Under the pieces are notes generated by a model. That model searched no databases. It worked only from the letters and a program-made list of their open reading frames with translations, and had not been told where the DNA came from. DNA of 64,000 nucleotides from Gammaproteobacteria bacterium (GTDB lineage Bacteria > Pseudomonadota > Gammaproteobacteria > Eutrophobiales > Eutrophobiaceae), in contig OZ250183.1 in the NCBI GenBank assembly GCA_965238225.1, forward strand, positions 960,001 through 1,024,000, in the 5' to 3' direction. Shown here one piece after another: positions 58,523 to 64,000 of the stretch. Both the position numbers and the translations under genes were made by a program. The first letter of the stretch is position 1. Every line of letters starts with the position of its first letter.

Positions 58523-59713
58523 GTGAATAAATTTAAACTATTGAGAAGTACCGTACTGCTTGCTATGGCTGGTATGCTATCTCTATCGCAAGCGACCATG
58601 GCTGAGGTGAATATCTCAGGCTGGGCAAATGAAGGCGTTACCTACTATGATGACGGCGCGAGCAATGACATAGTACAAATCAGTGACAACGGTACCACGC
58701 TCGGTACGCGTATCACCTTTTCCGGGTCAACCAAGGTCGCTTCAGACTTAACCGCAGGCTTTGAAGTCATCGTAGAACCATCATCTACAGGTGCGCTTTT
58801 GGGGTTTGGTTCTACTAACGGTCTAAATGACAATGCAAACGCTCATGATATTGGCGTTTTAGGCAATAGTGTCAATATCGGCGGTAGTTGGGGCAAGGTG
58901 ACTGTAGGGCTACAAAGTATGCCGACAGACAACATCGCTGTACTGGAAGATCCTTCATTGACCTTATGGTCTAGTATTTCTCCGGTGTTCCGTGGTAACA
59001 GTGTGCCCATCCAAGGTTTGGGTGCTGGCGCATCTAAAGGAACATGGGGCGGTTTCATGCAATGTTTGGGTGTTCCAGGCCTAGGCATTGGTATTGATTG
59101 TAATGGTATTTACCGCAGCGGTGTGCGTTATGACCTGCCTGCTTTAGGTCCTATAAGTGTTGCTGTTGGTGCTGCCAATGACGATATCTATGATGTCTCT
59201 GGCAAATTCAAAGGCACGTCAGGCCGCATAACCAGCCAGATCGCCATTGGCTATTCTATCAACCAAGGCGGGGGTGGTTCTAATGTTGGTGGTAGCGAAG
59301 CCTCAACATTTCAAGTCCAAGCAGGCTTGAGTGACTTTGGAGAATCAGGTTTATTCGGTTCTATTGCCTACCAGGCTGAAGAATCTAATGACGCAGCTGC
59401 TAACTCAGGCGATGCTACCGATGCTTGGTGGTTAAAGGTTGGCGTTAAAAAGCCTTGGGTTGCTGCAGGCGACACCTCATTCTCATTTAATTATGGCATA
59501 TACAGTGATCAATTTGGCGGTGCAGCTGACAGCATTACAGGTTCTGAGGTTGAACGCATCGGAGTTTCTGTGGATCAGTACTTTGGCAGTAACTTGATTA
59601 TCTACGGTATCTGGGAGCAATTAAGTTTAGATGTTGAGGGTGCTGACACAGCGCTTTACAGCGGTGCTGAAGACCTTGATCTCTTCACCTTAGGCGCAAC
59701 ATACTTCTTCTAA
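58523..59713 (+). CDS. Outer membrane porin
   Basis: GAGGAGG RBS, signal peptide, EVNISGWAN, GSWGKVTVG, amphipathic strands, C-terminal GATYFF. Confidence 0.88.
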   Translation: MNKFKLLRSTVLLAMAGMLSLSQATMAEVNISGWANEGVTYYDDGASNDIVQISDNGTTLGTRITFSGSTKVASDLTAGFEVIVEPSSTGALLGFGSTNGLNDNANAHDIGVLGNSVNIGGSWGKVTVGLQSMPTDNIAVLEDPSLTLWSSISPVFRGNSVPIQGLGAGASKGTWGGFMQCLGVPGLGIGIDCNGIYRSGVRYDLPALGPISVAVGAANDDIYDVSGKFKGTSGRITSQIAIGYSINQGGGGSNVGGSEASTFQVQAGLSDFGESGLFGSIAYQAEESNDAAANSGDATDAWWLKVGVKKPWVAAGDTSFSFNYGIYSDQFGGAADSITGSEVERIGVSVDQYFGSNLIIYGIWEQLSLDVEGADTALYSGAEDLDLFTLGATYFF

Positions 59714-59769
59714 AGGATTATCTATGGAAGTTGTTATCTCTTAAAAATAAAGCGCAGATTTGTCTGCTG

Positions 59770-59799
59770 AAAAAGGGTCTCTTCTGAGGCCTTTTTTTT
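59770..59799 (+). terminator. Intrinsic terminator after the porin gene
   Basis: AAAAAGGGTCTC-TTCT-GAGGCCTTTTTTTT. Confidence 0.85.
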
Positions 59800-60354
59800 G
59801 CCTGTAATTTCTCTAAATAAGCATCGACTTCTATTCCTGCTTCTACAATAGTAGATATGCTCTTTTTCTAAACGTACACTAACAATACAATACAAACGAT
59901 GGTAATAATCCCCTGTTTTACATATTTACCCCTGCTAATTTAGCTGCGCATCTTGCTGTAATTCCTACAGCAAAGTCGTTCTATCAACCTATCTTGTTTT
60001 GATTTACTTAAAACGACTCTTTCTTATTCTGACCTCTTATAGTACATTAAGCACTTATCTGGGTCAGTCTCAAAAATTATTTACAAAAAATAATTTTATG
60101 AAATCTTACTAAAATTTTAGTCCGCTAAAACCATAGCTTATTAAAATTCTGGTCTACTTTAAAGTTGGTGTATTGTGGGTTTTTTATAAAATGATTGAGC
60201 TTACAAACGACTGAGCATTACCGATAATGATAAAAACAGCATCTTTGGTTGTAGACTTCGCACTTATTTTAGAAATATTTTAAGTTAAATATAGCTTCAG
60301 TTCTATAGATTAAGCTATTTTCAGTAAGGATAAAAACAAGGTTAAAATCTCCCG

Positions 60355-61308
60355 ATGACGAAATCATATAAAAATCAATTAACTATATTAACATCTACAT
60401 TCTTGTTAATTTTTTGTCATTCAGTTTTTGCCATAAATTTCTTTAGCGATGATGAGGCGTTTATTTGGAAATCAGGTCTTAATTTATATTTTAAGCACGC
60501 AGAGCAAGACAGTTCTAAATATGGAAAAAGTGACCATCCGGCAGACTTAAATAGAAAAGATTTAGCAAACGCCTTGCATACATTAGAATTTACTGAAAAG
60601 AATTTTTTATCAGAAGCTACGGTAAGAAAAGTTTTTTCAGTATCACAAATAAACCTACTTACTAAGCAAATTGAAAAAGGCTTAAAAAATGCAAAGCCTG
60701 AACAAGATATTGTCTTTGTCATGGCAGGAGGTTCCCGCAAGCTACTTATATTAAGCAAGAAAAATTTTGTTGCCGGTCGTGTGTTTTTTAAAGATGGCAA
60801 ACTTAATATTATTATCGGTGAATACGACAAAGATAGAAATGACGCATTTGAAAAACAATATGACCCATCTGGTAGAGCCGCCATCCCTTACTTTTTTAAT
60901 CATGGTAAGCGCTCTGAGAGTTCTAAGCGTTTTGACAATGATCTTATAGCGACCGCCGGGGTTGAAAATAGAAATTTTGGCAAAAAATCACGCAAAGACT
61001 GGTTAATCATTGATATAAAAATTGCAGCAAAGACTCGCATTGCCAAGCTAAATACAAAAAATAATTATTCAAGAAACCAAGATGTGCAATCACAGATTGA
61101 CGCTGAAAAATTCGCAAAAGAGCGGCGAGAAATGCGTGCACAGATGGCGCGTATGCGTAAAGAGATGAAGGAAGCCAATCTAAATTCAGGATCATCTTCA
61201 GAAACTGCCGAAGCAAGGATTGTGACATTAAACGAACTTTTGGGAAAAAAATTGATTACTCAAAGAGAATACGATAGCAAACGTCAAGAAATTTTAAATG
61301 ATCTATAA
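60355..61308 (+). CDS. Exported hypothetical protein with coiled coil and C-terminal SHOCT-like domain
   Basis: Signal peptide; C-terminus ARIVTLNELLGKKLITQREYDSKRQEILNDL. Confidence 0.75.
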   Translation: MTKSYKNQLTILTSTFLLIFCHSVFAINFFSDDEAFIWKSGLNLYFKHAEQDSSKYGKSDHPADLNRKDLANALHTLEFTEKNFLSEATVRKVFSVSQINLLTKQIEKGLKNAKPEQDIVFVMAGGSRKLLILSKKNFVAGRVFFKDGKLNIIIGEYDKDRNDAFEKQYDPSGRAAIPYFFNHGKRSESSKRFDNDLIATAGVENRNFGKKSRKDWLIIDIKIAAKTRIAKLNTKNNYSRNQDVQSQIDAEKFAKERREMRAQMARMRKEMKEANLNSGSSSETAEARIVTLNELLGKKLITQREYDSKRQEILNDL

Positions 61309-61531
61309 TAACCTCTATAGCAGACAAATAAATGAAATTAAATCAATAAGGACAAATGAATTAAGCCAGATAAATAAAGCCAAACAAATAAGATGTCCTT
61401 GTATCTTTTTTATGAAGATGGATAGCTTAACTAATTATTAAATGCAATATGTTTCAGTTAAAAATCAATACCCAATTCTTAGTTCTTAATCCTTAATTCT
61501 GTATCTAGACAGACTGATTAATCATAAAATT

Positions 61532-62521
61532 TTGAACGCACTCTACCCTGAACTGGAACCCTTCGCGACGGACGTTCTTGAGTTAGATGATGGACATTTT
61601 GTCTATTTTGAGCAATCTGGAAATAATGCAGGACTTCCTATTATTTTTTTTCATGGCGGCCCTGGTTCTGGGTGCAATGAAAACCATCGCCGCTATTTCA
61701 ACCCTGATAAATACAGAATAATTATTTTTGATCAACGAGCTTGCAATCGTTCGAAGCCAAACGGTTGTGTTGAACATAATTCTACGCAAGATATTCTCAA
61801 TGATGTTGAATTAATCCGCAATAAACTCAATATAAAAAAATTGCTTTTATTTGGCGGCTCATGGGGCGCGACTTTAGCACTACTTTATGCAGAAAAGTTC
61901 CCACAGAACGTGTCAGGCATTATATTGCGCGGAACATTTTTAGCGAGACAATGTGATTTTGACTGGTTTATCAGTGAGAAATTAAACAGCGTTCACAGTA
62001 TCTTTCCTGATTACTGGAATGAGTATATAAATTCTTTTGAAGAACATGATAACGCTTACCGCTTGGATGGTTTACATGAAAAAATATTCTCAAACTCTTA
62101 CGAAACACAATTAAAAGCAGCCAAGGCATGGTCATTATGGGCTGGCAGGGTCGTAACCCATAGTTTACATCTGGATGAAGCGTATCAATTAGATCTGAAC
62201 GATAAAGAAGATGAATTAAAGTTAATTAATGAAGTAAGAATTGAGATGCATTATGCAAAAAATTATTATTTCATTAATAAAAACCAAATCCTTGATAACA
62301 TTTCAGAAATACCAGATATACCAGTCACTATCATACACGGACGTAAAGATTTGACTTGTCTGCCAGAATCTTCCTGGTCAGTGCATCAGTCTCTTTTGCA
62401 TTCAGGTTTTTCAAACTCGAAACTTGTTTTTGTTTGTGATGCCGGTCATTTAGCGAGTGAACCCTCAATGATTGATGCATTAATTGTCGCAACAGATGAA
62501 ATGGCAGACAGTATTTTATGA
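61532..62521 (+). CDS. pip: Proline iminopeptidase
   Basis: LYPELEPF, HGGPGSG, FGGSWG, GIILRG. Confidence 0.93.
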   Translation: MNALYPELEPFATDVLELDDGHFVYFEQSGNNAGLPIIFFHGGPGSGCNENHRRYFNPDKYRIIIFDQRACNRSKPNGCVEHNSTQDILNDVELIRNKLNIKKLLLFGGSWGATLALLYAEKFPQNVSGIILRGTFLARQCDFDWFISEKLNSVHSIFPDYWNEYINSFEEHDNAYRLDGLHEKIFSNSYETQLKAAKAWSLWAGRVVTHSLHLDEAYQLDLNDKEDELKLINEVRIEMHYAKNYYFINKNQILDNISEIPDIPVTIIHGRKDLTCLPESSWSVHQSLLHSGFSNSKLVFVCDAGHLASEPSMIDALIVATDEMADSIL

Positions 62522-63339
62522 ACTTTGCAGATATAAAAAACCCATTAATCATGGGTATCTTGAATGTTACTCCAGATAGCTTTTCTGACGGTGGTCAATT
62601 TGACGAAACCAAAAAAGCCACTCAACATGCATTAGATATGATGTACGAAGGGGCTGATATTATTGATGTTGGTGGTGAATCAACAAGACCTGGTTCTGGC
62701 CGAGTTGATGCCAAACAACAAATCTCGCGTGTCAGTGACGTTATAAAATCAATCAAGGAAATCGCGCTGGAAGAAATAGAGATAAGCATTGACACCACTT
62801 TATCCAAAGTTGCTGAAGCAGCGATTGATGCTGGCGCATCAATGATAAATGATGTTTCGTCTGGCACAGATGATCCGCAAATGCTTGAGTTAGCGGCAGA
62901 TAAAGATGCCTCCATTATTTTAATGCACATGCAAGGCAGGCCTCAAACAATGCAGGTAAAACCTGTGTACGATGATGTGGTTGAAGATATCCGAGCGTAC
63001 TTATTGGAAAAGGCAGCAGAAGCGATTAACGTAGGCGTAAAACATGAAAATATTGCAATTGATCCTGGTATTGGGTTTGGCAAAACACAAAAACATAATA
63101 TGCAATTAATCACTAAACTGGATCGTTTTGTTGATACTGGCTTGCCAGTTTTACTTGGAGCCAGCAGAAAAAGATTTATGAGCGCAATCTGTGAAGGAGT
63201 TCAAGCTCATGAACTGATCGGCGCAACATGCGCAACAACGGTTCTAGGTATTAATGCTGGAGTGCAAGTGTTCAGAGTGCACGATGTTCGAGCAAATCGT
63301 CAAGCTGCTGATGTTGCATATGCTCTTAAAAATCATTAA
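62518..63339 (+). CDS. folP: Dihydropteroate synthase
   Basis: MGILNVTPDSFSDGG, DVGGESTRPG, DPGIGFGK, GASRKRF, RVHDV. Confidence 0.97.
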   Translation: MNFADIKNPLIMGILNVTPDSFSDGGQFDETKKATQHALDMMYEGADIIDVGGESTRPGSGRVDAKQQISRVSDVIKSIKEIALEEIEISIDTTLSKVAEAAIDAGASMINDVSSGTDDPQMLELAADKDASIILMHMQGRPQTMQVKPVYDDVVEDIRAYLLEKAAEAINVGVKHENIAIDPGIGFGKTQKHNMQLITKLDRFVDTGLPVLLGASRKRFMSAICEGVQAHELIGATCATTVLGINAGVQVFRVHDVRANRQAADVAYALKNH

Positions 63340-64000
63340 ACTAATTCTAGTTTATTTTCATTTTTAATGATTTTCTTTGAATTTTTCATGTTGCGAAAAA
63401 TTAGGGGCTGCTCTTTTATGTCGACATCTTGTTCATTAGCCGCAATTTTTCCTATTCTTTCAATATCATCCAGCAATGCCTGATGATGTGGTGATTTATC
63501 ACAGACCGGATCAGCATTAGCAGCATCACCAGTCATCATAAACGCCTGACAACGACACCCACCAAAATCTTTTTCTTTTTCCGGACACGAACGACAAGGC
63601 TCTTTCATCCAGTCAAAACCACGAAAGTGGTTAAAGCTAGGTGAATCATTCCAGAGTTCTTCAATGCTCAAATCTTTAACATTGGGAAATTCAATGGGCA
63701 GCTGTCCAGCTTCATGGCAAGGTAGCGCCGTACCATCTGGTGCGATGGTCAGGAAGATTGCCCCCCAACCATTCATGCAAGGTTTAGGGCGGTTTTCAAA
63801 GTAATCCGGGATTACATAAATGATCTTGGATTTCCCCTTCAGCTTCTTTTGATATTCTATGGCAATTTTTTCAGCTTCAGCTAATTGTTCGCGGGTGGGG
63901 AGTAAGTAATCAACATTGATGCGCGACCAGCCGTAATATTGGGCGCTGGCAAGTTCAACATAATCTGCATTTAACTCAACGGTCATATCAAGTATATCGC
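63336..64000 (-). CDS. pqqE: PqqA peptide cyclase, radical SAM/SPASM (3' part; starts beyond the window)
   Basis: QYYGW, YVIPDY..RPKPCMNGWG, LPCH, CRSCPEKEKDFGGCRCQA, DPVCDKSPHH; stop overlaps the folP stop. Confidence 0.95.
   Translation of the reverse strand, partial: DILDMTVELNADYVELASAQYYGWSRINVDYLLPTREQLAEAEKIAIEYQKKLKGKSKIIYVIPDYFENRPKPCMNGWGAIFLTIAPDGTALPCHEAGQLPIEFPNVKDLSIEELWNDSPSFNHFRGFDWMKEPCRSCPEKEKDFGGCRCQAFMMTGDAANADPVCDKSPHHQALLDDIERIGKIAANEQDVDIKEQPLIFRNMKNSKKIIKNENKLELV

Overview
AT-rich chromosomal segment of a Gammaproteobacterium, most likely environmental or marine (inferred from gene content and the canonical gammaproteobacterial rpsB-tilS gene order). It has four parts. 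(1) 1-11.3 kb: a sugar-utilisation locus with a split UxaA-family sugar-acid dehydratase, a fuconolactonase-like amidohydrolase, an AKR sugar dehydrogenase, FucU mutarotase, a GH172/DUF2961 hydrolase, a TonB-dependent receptor, a GPH symporter and an FMN alpha-hydroxy-acid dehydrogenase. I interpret it as a D-arabinofuranoside/L-fucose uptake and non-phosphorylative catabolism system. It contains four candidate operator sites and an IS3 relic. (2) 11.5-21 kb: mixed genes, including an MshEN-like/cNMP-binding fusion, an msrA pseudogene, a tolB fragment, mtaB, an HDAC and prc. (3) 21-46 kb: the intact core dusA-glnD-map / rpsB-tsf-pyrH-frr-uppS-cdsA-dxr-rseP-bamA-skp-lpxD-fabZ-lpxA-lpxB-rnhB-dnaE-accA-tilS. 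S2 carries an unusual (VIKKK)8 tail. (4) 46-64 kb: a fragmented TPR-membrane gene, a sigma-54 two-component pair, an MxaD-like protein, ndh, a REC-Ser/Thr kinase fusion and PQQ-related genes. The PQQ genes include a stand-alone pqqA missed by the ORF track, with an apparent sigma-54 promoter, plus a beta-propeller, a substrate-binding protein, a porin and the 3' part of pqqE. No rRNA, tRNA or CRISPR array was seen. All calls come from manual motif recognition; no database searches were run.
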